Shown here: one piece after another, positions 13,875 to 26,532 of the stretch
Numbering within the stretch: the stretch's first letter is position 1
How the letters are laid out: every line of letters begins with the position of its first letter
Translations under genes and position numbers: made by a program
Assembly: GCA_964016885.1 (NCBI GenBank)
Contig: OZ024742.1
Coordinates: forward strand, 296,484,001-296,548,000
DNA from: Eledone cirrhosa
Taxonomy: Eukaryota
DNA length: 64,000 nt
Direction: 5' to 3'
Notes under the pieces: model-generated
The model's input: only the letters and a program-made list of their open reading frames with translations
What the model was told of the DNA's origin: nothing
Database searches by the model: none

Positions 13875-14868
13875 TACCATCATTTAATGTCTACTTACCT
13901 TGCTAATAAGAGTTGGACAAGTCTTTACAGAGATTGAGTCATTACTAAAGCAGGCTGCTGATCTCGCAGACAGGCTGGGAGCTTGCATCTTGTTTACATA
14001 TTGTCCCATATTCTAATCAGTGCACTGCCACAAGAGATGTTGTTATATTTTTGCTGCAACTAAAGGCTACTCTCAGCCATTTGGCAAGATTTATATAGCT
14101 TCCTATCAACAACTACTTTACAGTGTTTACTTGGTGCATCTATTGTTTATATCACCAGCACTAGGGAGTTTGTTATGTTATTGACAAAACTGAAGTGTCA
14201 TTCCAACTCTTTGTTTGGCAAGCTTTCTATAACTGGATGCCATTTCTATCACCAACCCCTTTACTACATGTACTGGGTGTATTAACTGTGTAAGTTCATC
14301 AACAACAAATGAGTTGCTGGTCATTGAAGATGAAGAGCCCTCCCTGTTCTATTGAGGGTTGGGAGGTTTCAAAAAGAGAAGGGAGATAAGCATGAAGTTA
14401 TGGATGTATGGCAAGTGTGGTGTGATTTTTGATATGGGGAGAAGGGCTGTTGATAGTGGAAGGGGCATGGATGATGAGGTCAATAGTATGGGGTGTATTG
14501 CTGGTGGGGATAGTTACTAGGGAGTACAACTGGAAGTGGGGTACACAGGGATAAGTCAGATCGCATTGTATTTTGTTCACCAAAGCTTCACCAGCACAGC
14601 ATAAGGACAGCCTTTGTGGTCCTATATCATCTCTGTTGCGAGGTTTAATTTTTTTAAGGTCAATCTTCACTATCTTGCTCATACAGAACTGATTTGGGCT
14701 TGGTTTCTATGGCTAGAATCCTTTCCTAACAGCAACCACATTTACAGTGGACTGGGGGTTGGGGGAGGTGTGTGGGGATAAGAGAAGTAGATCTAGAGTG
14801 GGGCACTTATCTGGTGAAGGGTGGGGTGTAGGGATGCGGTAGGTGTATGGCGGAGGAAGGGGCAGTAA

Positions 14869-14925
<57 letters not shown>

Positions 14926-16591
14926 GCCAGTGAAAAGAAAAGAAGCCGCAGTAGAGGTAGACGAAGAAAGACCTGGACAGAGGTGGTGAAAACTGACCTC
15001 AAATTGCTGAGACTCACAAAGGAGATTATGAAGAAATGTGGCGAGTGGAGAGATGCTATGCTGAAAAGAACCCATCCAACCAATGCAAGTGTGGAAAAAC
15101 GGACGTAAAAGTGATGATTGTGATGATGATAATGATATAAAGAGAGGGAGAGAGAGTTAGTGATGTAACATTGCACTAGCTTAATACTGCTATGCAGTTT
15201 CATAGTTTACAATGTTGAAGTTAGATATATTGTCGGTCATACATGGTGGCAGATATTGGATGTTGTGTTTTAGTCTTTTCTGGAATTTTTGGCCACATGT
15301 TAGAAATCATGTTATACAAATATTTTATTAAATTAGCAGGAAATTATTGAACTTAGAAAGAGAAACAAACATTGTTAAAGATATTGATTGACAATGGAGA
15401 AAAGACTGATGTATTGATAAGGACACAGTTTAAGAATGGCTGATACACTCTGATAAGCCAGTCCATAATTATATGGGGAGGAAAATAAAAAATTGCAGGA
15501 GCTGCTGCAGTAATGCACTAGCTTCAGCATTTGGTTATCAGATGGGAGGTATGTGTAAAATTGAAACTCACTATCTTCTATTTGGTATTCAGGCCAATCC
15601 TTACCTTTGGTTATGAATCTGAAAGAATACGATTGTGAATACAAGTGACCAAAATGGGGTGCCTCTGAAGAATCTTTCATAGAATGTTACTCAATACAAT
15701 GTATAGCTTGGAGATCAGAGAGTTGCTCCAGGTAGAGCTGTTACTTCTCCGACATGAGAGATCACAGCTCTGATACTGCACGCATGTGGTTAGAATGTCT
15801 CAGGAAAGAATCACTGGATAGATTTTATGGGCAAAACCAAATGGCAGGAGACGGCTGGATAACATCCATGAGATTGAGTAGATTTGTTTGAGGATCCAGC
15901 CAGATCAATTGGAGATGGTTGTTTCTGACATAATCCACTGGAAGGAGTGTTTGAGGACTCTGGCCCCATGGCCCTCCCAGGAATAAATGGGTGAAGAAGA
16001 AGTAGAAGAAAATGTTAATGCCTTCATTACCATATATTTTATGAAAGGCACTGTCTTTGATTTTCTGAAATTTTGAATGTCAGTGAGGTGGTCTTCTCTT
16101 TTCCATTTGGGAGGTCAGAGGCTTGGATCAAGTACTGACATGGACTGTGAAAACCCATCTAACCTTTACAACCAGAGTTAACATATTATAAATGATGATG
16201 ATGATATATTCACTTTGTATGAACCAGATGTAACTTCAAATATAATGAAATTACATAATTATGTTAAATTTAGAAAGCATTATTCCAATTCAATTATAAC
16301 TTCTGAATATTTTAATAAATAATTTGTCATCTTATTTGTTATTGTAGCTGTTGTTGTTTTTGCTGCTGCTGCTGCTACCATTGTTTAGACAGTCAGTCCC
16401 GGCTAAGCAGACATGAACAATGACACAGTAGCCATGTCCATTCCAACTTTTACTCAGACATATTTCAAATGTGTTTCTGCCTTTTAATTTAAAGTAAGTA
16501 TGATGTGTTTTGAGGGAGGTTTAGCTGCTATATTTAAAAAGGATATGTGACACATTAAAGGTATACTCACTTAATTTGCCTACGATTAGAT

Positions 16592-16642
<51 letters not shown>

Positions 16643-16654
16643 ATAATAATAAAA

Positions 16655-17506
16655 TTGAAGACTATACAGGTTGAGGCCAATCTCTCGGTCGTTAATTACC
16701 TCGACGTTACCCTCAATTTATTGAATGGGTTGTATTACCCGTATAGAAAGCCGAATGATACGCTTAATTACATAAGTAAGCATTCCAACCATCCTGCCAG
16801 CAGAACCAAGAACCTGGTAAGAAACGTTTCGTTGAGGCTTTCCTGTCTTTCCACCAACGAGCGCATTTTCAATGACCATTCTACTTATTACAATGAAGCT
16901 CTTGCTCGAAGTGGATTTGTCGATAAGGTAGCATATACAGAGTACGAAAATAGACCTAGAAGAAATAGATCCCGTTGCATTTGTTGGTTTAACCCACCAT
17001 ATAATATGGAGGTGGCCACACCATTAGCTAAGATCTTTCTTTCCCTTATTACGAAGCATTTTCCCCCTACACATAAATATAGTAAAATTTTTAATAGAAA
17101 TACTATTAAAATTTCTTACTCTACGACTCCTAACCTTGCACATAACATCACAGCTTCAAATTTAGCTAAACTACCTAGCCGTAGGAACACGTGCAACCCT
17201 GTAGTTAGTACTAACTGTAATTGTAGGAATCGGGCTGATTGCCCCCTATCCGGGAAATGCCTCTCTAGTAACATTGTCTACAAATGTAAGGTTGTAACAC
17301 CCACGTCCCGTAGGGCCTATATAGGGTTAACCGCCAATAGTTTCAAGCAGCGTCTTTACATGCATACCCATTCTTTTCGTTACCCTCTAAGAAGAAATAT
17401 GACGTCACTTTCAGCTTATATCTGGAGTCTAAAAGACAACCACACCCAATATAAGTTACACTGGGAGATCCTAGCTAGGGCTAGATCATATAATGGAAAT
17501 AAATAG
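16655..17506 (+). pseudogene. 5'-truncated PLE (Naiad-like) fragment: RT C-terminus, linker, GIY-YIG
   Basis: VNYLDVTL, SNHP, WFNPPYN, CNCRNRADCPLSGKC, NIVY...AYIG...FKQRLYMH. Collinear with, but divergent from, the 56.5-59 kb protein. Starts right after a (TA)n tract. Confidence 0.9.
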
Positions 17507-17545
17507 ATAGCAGATTATAAAAGTTTTAATATAGATGAGATTCTA

Positions 17546-17591
17546 CAGGACTAGAACTGTTTCATTCTTTAGAAATCATCAGGAGTCCCTG
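17546..17591 (-). ncRNA. Degenerate hammerhead-like motif (probable inverted pLTR piece)
   Basis: Reverse complement CAGGGACTC-CTGATGA-TTTCTAAAGAAT-GAAA-CAGTTC-TAGTCCTG. Core boxes and stem I GGACT/AGTCC are present, but the stem II and stem III junctions are imperfect. Confidence 0.55.
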
Positions 17592-17976
17592 TTGTTGCCT
17601 GTTGTTGCCTGAATGTGTGGTTGTAATCATTAAAGAAAAAGCCCCCACCCCACCCCTCTCTCACATATATATGTGTGTATTTTATTATATTATATTATAT
17701 TATTTGTGAGTTTAAGTGTCTGAAGAAAGGTCACTAATTTGATGCTTCTTGATTTCTGGAGGCATGATCAAATTTGGGCCTTGAAACCTTGGGTAGCACC
17801 TTTGTTCCATGAATGAATATATATAAATAATATATTTCAGCTCTCTTCCCGTTTGAGCACTGTTTTCCTTTTTTCTTTTCACACCTCTGGATATTGCTAC
17901 ATATACATATATATATGGTGCCACAACATCCAGGCCGAAACAAATGAGATCGTGTAGGTGTCACGTCAAAAAACAC

Positions 17977-18318
17977 ACAGTTCACGCTGTAATGTGGCCG
18001 TGTAGGCAACACGGTAAAAACCTCCCAGCCCCACACTGTAAATGTGGTTGGTGTTAGGAAGGGCATCCAGCTGTAGAAAACCCGCCAGACAGTTCACACT
18101 GTAATGTGGCCGTGTAGGCAACACGGTAAAAACCTCCCAGCCCCACACTGTAAATGTGGTTGGTGTTAGGAAGGGCATCCAGCTGTAGAAAACCCACCAG
18201 ATAGTCCTATGCGAGCAAGATAATCACTCTTGCCTCAAGTGGGAAAACCCCCGTCCAAACCCATGCAAGCGTGGAACACGGACGTTAAACGTTGATGATG
18301 ATGATGATGATGATGATA
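17977..18318 (+). repeat. SINE-like repeat with a 112-bp internal tandem duplication and RTE-like (GAT)n tail
   Basis: 17977-18088 is repeated at 18089-18200. It carries the GTGGTTGGTGTTAGGAAGGGCATCCAGCTG motif found throughout the window. Confidence 0.8.
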
Positions 18319-19096
18319 TGTGTGTGTGTGCTGTCTTATTGAATGTTTAATGAATCAGTAGTTAGAACTGCATTTGCATCAATCCCATTAATAAATAAAG
18401 GTGTAAGCAGGATCAAGCACTCCATATCATATGCATATTTCAAACTATGATTTGTGCAGTGCACTTGGAAGTATAGGTATAATAACGAATATGAAGACAA
18501 CATATATTATGAGATAGGCTCTATTCTAATTTGCAAAGAGATAAGAAAATGTGAATAGCTCAATACTTAACTATTTTGTAAATCTATTCCATGGTATTAC
18601 ACCATCTACATTAATGTACAAAAGAAGAATATGATAGAAAACTAAAGAATAGTTCTGTATCACTTAGAAAATAACTAATTCTAGAATTCTCTTTGATAGT
18701 GATCCATTGTTGCATCAATGAATAATAATATGCATGTTATTAGAATGATAAGGTTTCTCATTTCACTGTAGGATCACCTGAAACCATTACCCCTTTTTAA
18801 AGGGGAACTAATGTAAATTTATCTCAAAAGGAAAAAAAAAAGGCAATAATAGAAATTGATATATAAACATCAGTAATGGGAAAGTGAAAGTGAAAAATTT
18901 CTACTTTGCTATCAATTTTCTTAAATGCAACTTTCTTATAATGAGTTCAGAAGTAGCTTTCAGAAGTAGCATCCCCTAACAGAAGCAGTAGGATGGAATT
19001 TGAAGCAGGTTTAGTTGCTATTCATCGAGGCTCACAAGGATATGAAAAAATATTGTATCGATGCAACAGTAAGAATACATGTACATATATAAATAT

Positions 19097-19342
19097 GTGT
19101 TTAGAATGTCTCAGGAAATAATCACGAGACAGATTTTATGAGCAAAGCCAACTGGCAGGAGACCCAGGGTAGATCCCAAGCAAAAAGGTTTGATAACATC
19201 CTTGAGCTTGGCTGATCGTACTTGGGGATCCAACCGGATCAGTTGGTGATGGTTGCTTCTGACAGGAACCGCTGGAAGGAGTGTTTGAGGACTCTGCCCC
19301 CATGACCCACTCAGGAATATGTGGGTGAAGAAGATGAGAAGA
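19097..19342 (+). mobile_element. 3' end of a second LINE family with GAA tail (second copy ~15790-16010)
   Basis: RMSQE..TRQIL.AKPTGRRPR thumb/C-terminal motif, two homologous copies, GAAGAA tail. Confidence 0.65.
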
Positions 19343-19870
19343 TATATATATATTTCATTGTTTAGTGTCCATTTTTCTTGCTAATCAACCAGTACTCAAG
19401 CAGGATCACTAACCTCCAGCTATGCTGGGAGCCTGACATATGATTCCATACTTTTCTAAGTGCATTTTATCATAACACCACCACTAAGCAAGTTGTCATG
19501 TCTCTAACAGAGCTGAAGTGTCCTCCCAAACTTTTGTTTGCCAAGATTTCTATGACTGAAAACCCTTTGTATTACCAACTACCTTACTGAGTGTATTACA
19601 TGTGTCTATCATGTAGATCACCAACATGTGTAGGGTTGTCAATGTCTATGGCACAACTGAAGAATCCTCTTGACCCATTATTTGGCAAATGTTCTATGGC
19701 TAAATGCCCTCCCTATCACCAACCACTTTACAGATTGTGTCATGTCTGTTGCAAAAATAAAGAATATATATATATAGATAGATAGATATCACCACCTGGT
19801 TGTGGTGGGGCTGATATACTCTATAATCTAACAAACGATTGCAGTACTCTTAGCAGAGTTTGCAGCCAAT

Positions 19871-19917
<47 letters not shown>

Positions 19918-19920
<3 letters not shown>

Positions 19921-20240
19921 TCATCATTTTTACGTCCGCTTTTCCCTGCTTGCAAGGGTGGGACGGGAACTGATTCTGGCTTGATTTCTACAGCTGGATG
20001 CTCTTCCTAACACCAACCTCATTTACAGTGAGTGCTGGGTGCTTTTTTGCCGTGGCACCTCCACGACCACTTTGCAGTGGAATGATAGGGACCTCAGTCC
20101 CTATCATCTCATTTCTACATACAGCTGAGTAAACTGGAGCAATGTGAAATAAAGTGTCTTGCTCAAGGAAACAACACATCACCTGCTCTGAGAATTGAAC
20201 TCACAACCTTTCGATTGCAAGGCCAAACCACTAAGCCAAG

Positions 20241-20243
<3 letters not shown>
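19918..20243 (-). mobile_element. Same CORE-type SINE family, with (GAT)n tail
   Basis: Reverse-complement homolog of 60991-61302, flanked by (TA)n. Confidence 0.85.
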
Positions 20244-20275
<32 letters not shown>

Positions 20276-20281
<6 letters not shown>

Positions 20282-20563
20282 GTCAAATATGTAAAATTTG
20301 GCTTCATTTATTATATATTATAGATATACTGCTATATATATTTTTGTGACAACCATCATTGGCTGTGACCTCTTCAGGCAGTCGAAATTGGTGTGACAGG
20401 TACACATGTTGTTGAAGTGTGTTTTTCTCGGTCAATATATCGATGCGTCCAGCTCCTGGTTGTGTTGTTATTCTTCTGAGGAGCTGGAATCATATGAGTT
20501 AGAACACGAATTTCGGCATCATATGACGCGGTCGCATCCCATTGGTCAGTTGTGAGAACATTC
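20276..20563 (-). mobile_element. Hammerhead-bearing pLTR-like element (copy 1); hammerhead 20328-20382 has a mutated GAAA box
   Basis: Inverted homolog of 21596-21890. The core reads CTGAAGA...AAAA instead of GAAA. It abuts (TA)n at 20246-20275. Confidence 0.72.
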
Positions 20564-20696
20564 GTCCCCCCCCCCCCGCTTCACACTCGCCACCCTTACT
20601 CCCGCCTCGATCGACTCCTATAGCAACAAATATACATATGTCCATACATAGATACTGTTGTTTAAAACTATACATACATGGATACTTACATGTGTG

Positions 20697-20727
<31 letters not shown>

Positions 20728-21595
20728 GTGTATATATACATGTATGTGTGTGTATATAATGTATGTATGTGTAATCATCATCATCATCATCATCATCACC
20801 GTTTTACATCCGTCCTTCCACGCTAGCATGGGTTAGATGGGTTGTCCTGTTGTGGGCAGTGTCCAGTCGGCTGATCTTGTCTTGCTCATACGGGAACTGA
20901 TTCTGGCTTGATTTCTACAGCTGGATGCTCTTCCTAACACCAACCTCATTTACAGTGAGTGCTGGGTACTTTTTTGCCGTGGCACCTGCACGACCACTTT
21001 GCAGTGGGAGGGTGTGGGGGCATATTGTGTATATATATATATATATGGAATGCATCTGAGCCTGTGTTTGTGCGTGTGTGCTTGCAATGATGTGCGTTGA
21101 CATACACGCATATGTACTTTATGTGGAAATAGGAACTGTAGTCCTTTGCATTTCCGGATTTTGACACTCAGGTTTCTGGTGTTTTACACTCCACTTTTAT
21201 CTCATTTGCTATTAAAACGCACCACTCGATGATAAAATAAGAGTTGTAATTCTTTACACTTCTCGATTCTGACAGGTTTTCTACTTCAGTTAATATGTTT
21301 CAAATCTTTCAAATTTTGATATTGGTTGTAACACACACTTTTTTTATTTTTTTATTCGTATTTTATTTTATTTTTGTTTGGTACCCCCCACCACGTGAAA
21401 TCGTGACAGGATGGATGCCAACATACACACAAATTCTTCAGAACATAGTAGCAGCACACTAAAGCTGACCTGCCAGCTGACCCCATAACACCACTTCCAC
21501 TACCAACACAATGGAGGAGGTCAGCTGTACTTAAATAAAAACAACTACAACAGATTGTCTTGCCTCAGAAAAATTTCTATAGACTTTTGACTGAG

Positions 21596-21990
21596 GAATG
21601 TTCTCACAACTGACCAATGGGATGCAAGCGTGTCCTATGACGCTGAAATTCGTGTTCTAACTCATATGATTCCAGCTCCTCAGAAGAATAACAACACAAC
21701 CAGGAGCTTGACATATCGATGTATTGACGGAGTAAAACACACTTCAACAACATGTGTACCTGTCTTTCCCACACCAATTCGGACTGCCTGAAGAGGTCAC
21801 AGCCAATGATGGCTGTCACCGAAATATATATAGCAGTATAATCTATAATTTATAATAAACGAAGCCATATTTTACATATTTGACTTAATTATTTTACATT
21901 ACTGCGGAGTAAGCAAACCAACCTGCATACTTCGTTGAGTGCTCCAATCTGCATACTGAGGTGTCGGTAAACAACCAACATATACTCAAT
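21596..21990 (+). mobile_element. Hammerhead-bearing non-coding pLTR-like element (copy 2)
   Basis: 21596-21890 is an inverted homolog of 20276-20563. It carries a hammerhead and ends in (TA)n. Confidence 0.72.
21783..21837 (+). ncRNA. Type I hammerhead ribozyme with long stem II
   Basis: ACTGC-CTGAAGA-GGTcACAGCC-aatgat-GGCTGTcACC-GAAA-TATATA-TA-GCAGT. Intact core and palindromic ATATATAT stem III. Confidence 0.88.
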
Positions 21991-24701
21991 ATATATATAT
22001 ATATGCACATACATACATATATATGCACACACATATATATATATGCACACACACATATATATATGCTCACACACACACGCATATATATATATATATATGT
22101 ATATATGTAGGTATGTATGCACACACTTAAACATATATATGCTAGATACAAGTAAGAAAGGCGGATGTAAAATGGTGATGATTGTCATTATATATATATA
22201 TATATACATAATGTTTGTATGCTAAATGGATTGTAAAAAAATAACTTTTGTATGTTTAGCAATGATTACATAGTTTGTTTTTATCTAAACAATATTTTCC
22301 CATCAAATTTTGCATGCTAGCCTGAGTACAATGTGAGCAATTGTTGTTTTCACAGATGGATGCTCGTCTTATTTCTAATCATTGAAACATGACATAGGAG
22401 TGGAATGTATTTTCAGTGAAAAACACTGATACAAACATGGTTATGTGTGTGTATGTATGTATGTTCCATTTACACAATACATGAGCATGTGATAAGTAAT
22501 CCAACATCTTACATAGCATTGTTAAAGTCTTATATATAATAGATAAATATATATATATGATGATGATATATGTGTGTGTGTATATTTATATATCCTCAAC
22601 CCATAGATGAGATCCATATACTTGCAACTGAGTGATCTCTGCTAAAGCCATCCAAATGTTGGGTGGTTATGTTAAACTGTGTGATTGTTTATGTCTACAA
22701 CACAGTAAGCCACAACAGGATTTGTTCTCAAAATACAAAGAACCAGAACAAATACTGCAAGGCATCTCATTTGAAACTTTAACAATTTCAGCAATTCACT
22801 GGCTTTTACTAGTACATTATTTTACCAATCCTGAAAAGACAAAATGGAAAACTGACTTTGTCAAGATTTGAACTTGGAGTGCAGGGAGTCAGAACAAATA
22901 TCTAATGTAATTTTTCTGATACTTTGAAATTTCCACCAATCCACCATCCCGAACTTGTACTATATTTTATGAACTCCAAGAAAATGAAGGACTTAGATGA
23001 CCCCTGTGGGATTTCAATCCATAACAGAGAGAGAATTAACAAATACTGCAATGCATTACGCCTGAGGTTCTAACAATTTTCCATCTATCTAAACTGGTAC
23101 CTCAGCAGGTATGAATTCAGAGAAAAGAAAGCCAAACCAAAACAAATACTGTAATGTATTTTGTCTTACACTCAAACAAATCAGCCAATTTACCATTTGT
23201 TTGAAAGGTAAGAATTTAAAAAAACATAAGCTGTAAGCTTCAGTGTTATTTAGGAATGGAAAGTTATTAGAAGCTAATTATACCATAATACATAATTATA
23301 ATTAGAACAAAAGATTGTAGTTTACATGTTCTACTTTTTATTTATATTAAATGGAAATTTCAAAAGGTTTCACAATTATTATTACTGAAAACATATTACT
23401 TTGTATAATAAATAATGTAACATTTTAAATAAAACTAAAGGTTTCCAGATCAGTAGTGTAGTAAAATTATATCTGAGCTAAATTTGCTGTGGTACTAAAA
23501 TGCAGTGTGTTTTCATATCATATTCCATATTTGTCAATTCTGATGAAAATAACTATGACGACACCTAGGGGTATATAACGCACGTCACAGGGCCCTACAG
23601 CCCATAGAGAATAGCAACAGACTTTCGCTGTGGTAATTGGCCATACTAGTAAGCATTACTACAGCAAAGTCAACACATTTGTGAATATACCAGATTTCTA
23701 GCTATCTTTACTCCATTGCCTCTCTACATTCTCCCAGTCTATCTTTAATACATCATGCTTACAGGTTCCACTATATCTAAGTATATTTACATTCCCCATA
23801 TGTACTCTTTGTGAATTATATATTTCGTTAATATGTTAATCAAAATATAATTGTTGTTATTTTGAACTTTTGCATATTACTTTTGCATTATTGTTTGTTA
23901 CATGGTTTCGTTGAATTCCATGGCAAAAATTAAATATATATAATTAGTAGTTTTGTATCATTATTGGTTTATACCAGGGCTTTCCAGCCTTTTTTGCGTT
24001 ATTGCCCACTTTTACTTGGAAAATGTTTCCATTGTCCACCTGTATAGTAAATATTCAAAGCAAACCAAAATGTTTGCTAGAAATTTGTTACTGGTTCGTA
24101 AACTGACATTTTATGATGCTTTAAAAGATACCAAATAGAAGTAAGTAACAAATAACGCTAACTTATGCGGCAGCTGATGTCAAATACAGTAAAACAAATG
24201 AAAGCAAACTCGACCCTTAAACCTGTATTTTATTAGATTTGGATAAGATATAACTATACTTTGATGATTAGCCATGTTTACCAGGAAGTCAACAACAGAT
24301 TGTGGCATTGTTATCGTCTTGTAAATATGTAAATATATCAATTCTTTCTGCACAATATCTTCGCAATCAATTACTTGAACTGCAAACGGGTTATATCAAA
24401 CTGGAACAGGCAATACGTTAATATCCTGAAATCGCTGTACCATGTTATCATGCAATGATTGCAAATAATCGTTGAAATTGGTTGAGTTGACGTCTTGAAA
24501 TGTTCATCTTATATAGTGTTAATTGAGAAATGACGACATTGATGGACCATTTACAGTCAATGCCATTTACATCATTGCTTTCCTTGCAATGATGTATTGA
24601 GTTCATTTATTTTGGTTAATAAGTTGTTAAGGAAATAAATATAACATTTTGAAGCAATCAGAGAAGTGGATAGTGGAATGTATTGAAAACAAATTATTTC
24701 A

Positions 24702-24866
24702 GGGTCGGACGTCATGCTTTGACGCATAGAGTTACGGCCCTTTCCATTCTGAGTTCAAATTCCGCCGAGGTCAACTTTGCCTTTCATCCTTACGAGGTCG
24801 ATAAAATAAAATACCAGTAATGTACTGGGTAACTGCAGGCCTTGTGCCAAAAGTAGAAACAATTAT
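24702..24866 (+). mobile_element. Meta-type SINE inserted in the hAT transposase relic
   Basis: Family match. TSD AATTATTTCA at 24692-24701 and 24861-24870. Confidence 0.85.
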
Positions 24867-26184
24867 TTCATCAAACAGTTTGACAAAACGGTCAACACAG
24901 TTGCCTTGTGACAACCATCGTACTTCAGCATGGTACAAAATCCTCACATATTCATCAACTTTATCAAGGCAGAGTTGACGGAAAATTCGTTCAGACAAAG
25001 AATTCAATTTTAGCTTGTTCACTGTTTTAATAATTAACTAAATCCTACGCACAACGATGCTTTGGATCGCTGGCTTAGGATGACCCCGGCCTCGTTGAGC
25101 AAGAGCAAGAAGATGAAAGAGAAGACATCACTAAAGCCTCCTGTTGATATTTTTGCCACTAAATGTTGCTGGTGAATCACACAATGAACTGCGAAAACAG
25201 AATGCAAAAGTTCAAGCTTTTAGAGAGAAAAGAAACCTCCCTATTTACCTACTATAGCAGGCGCTCCATTGGATACACAGACAACAATATTGCTCAATGG
25301 GATGTTATGCTCATAACGTCAATAAATCTTTGAGTCAAGCAATATTTGATTAGTAAATAGCATCTCCTCACAAGCTTCAATATTTTTATTAAAAAACCAA
25401 CACACACCATGTTCAAGCATTTCCTTCCCACAACTGTTGATTCGTTAACCTGTGTGGAATATTCAGAACTCCAGAGATAATGGATGAGTTGGTGTTTGAC
25501 GTTGGTGGCCATTTCATCTATAAATTGATAAATTGTGTTATTACTAAGAGGAATTCTCTTAATAATTGTGCATTAGAGTCGAGAGAATTTCTTCTATAAC
25601 AGGTCGAAGTAATATTTCTCCTATACTTTGAGACTTACCGACCTTTACAGCCAGTAACAATGCTGTTCGATACATTTGTACAGCCACCGGAAATAACATC
25701 TGTGAAATAAACAACTCTATCTATCGGCTTATCTAGCTACCTCACCGTGAAACAAACAATGCTTAAAGTCACCAAAATAAACCGCCTACGCAGCGGCTAA
25801 ACATCAAACGAATATTTTTGTATAAATAGAGTGATTCCAAACACTTTCGCCAGTCGACATTTGGCAGAGTCAGCTAGCGTATCGTTGTTCATCTCCTCTG
25901 CCACGCTTGTACCTCTGTATTGTCGCTCCATGTGAAAATAAATAGCTGACTGAAACTACATGTCTCGCATTGCTCCTCCTTTCAACTTGTGCTTTCGTCT
26001 GTTCATCCTTACCGTATGTGACAACAGTCCTTTTAAGGGTTATCCTCAGATCCGATCAGACCGTATGCGATAACAGTACTTTTAAGGGCTATTCTCGGAT
26101 CCGATCAGAAGTAGTGACTATCCACGATCAGAAGTAGTGACTATCCAGACCGACTATCCACGTCGCTACATATTCATTATTTTT

Positions 26185-26532
26185 CGGACATGCTTTCCAG
26201 CATAGTTACGTCCCTTTACGATCTGAGTTCAAATCCCGCCGAGGTTAACTTTGCCTTTCATCCTTACGGGGTCGATAAAATAAAGTGCCAGTAATGTACT
26301 GGTAATTGCTGGCCTTGTGCCTAAAGTAGAAACAATTATTTGGGGCGGTGAATTGGCAGTATCGGTAGAGGGTCGGACGCCTTGCTTTAACGCATAGTTA
26401 CGGCCCTTGCCATTCTGAGTTCAAATCCCGCCGAGGTTAACTTTGCCTTTCATCCTTACGGGGTCGATAAAATAAAGTGCCAGTAATGTACTGGATAATT
26501 GCTGACCTTGTGCCAATAGTAGAAACAATTAT
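26185..26532 (+). mobile_element. Head-to-tail pair of Meta-type SINEs
   Basis: A 5'-truncated copy (26185-26340) is followed directly by a full-length copy (26342-26532). Confidence 0.85.

Noticed and set aside
21889-22225. Tyr/Ile/Cys-rich ORFs (also at 14.8, 34.4, 53.5 and 59.6 kb)
   Set aside because: These are translations of (TA)n/(TG)n microsatellites or T-rich UTR.
26010-26162. CRISPR-like or ribozyme-like short repeats (GATCAGAAGTAGTGACTATCCA etc.)
   Set aside because: These are adjacent tandem duplications within the hAT relic, with no spacers and no GAAA-completed core, in a eukaryotic context.
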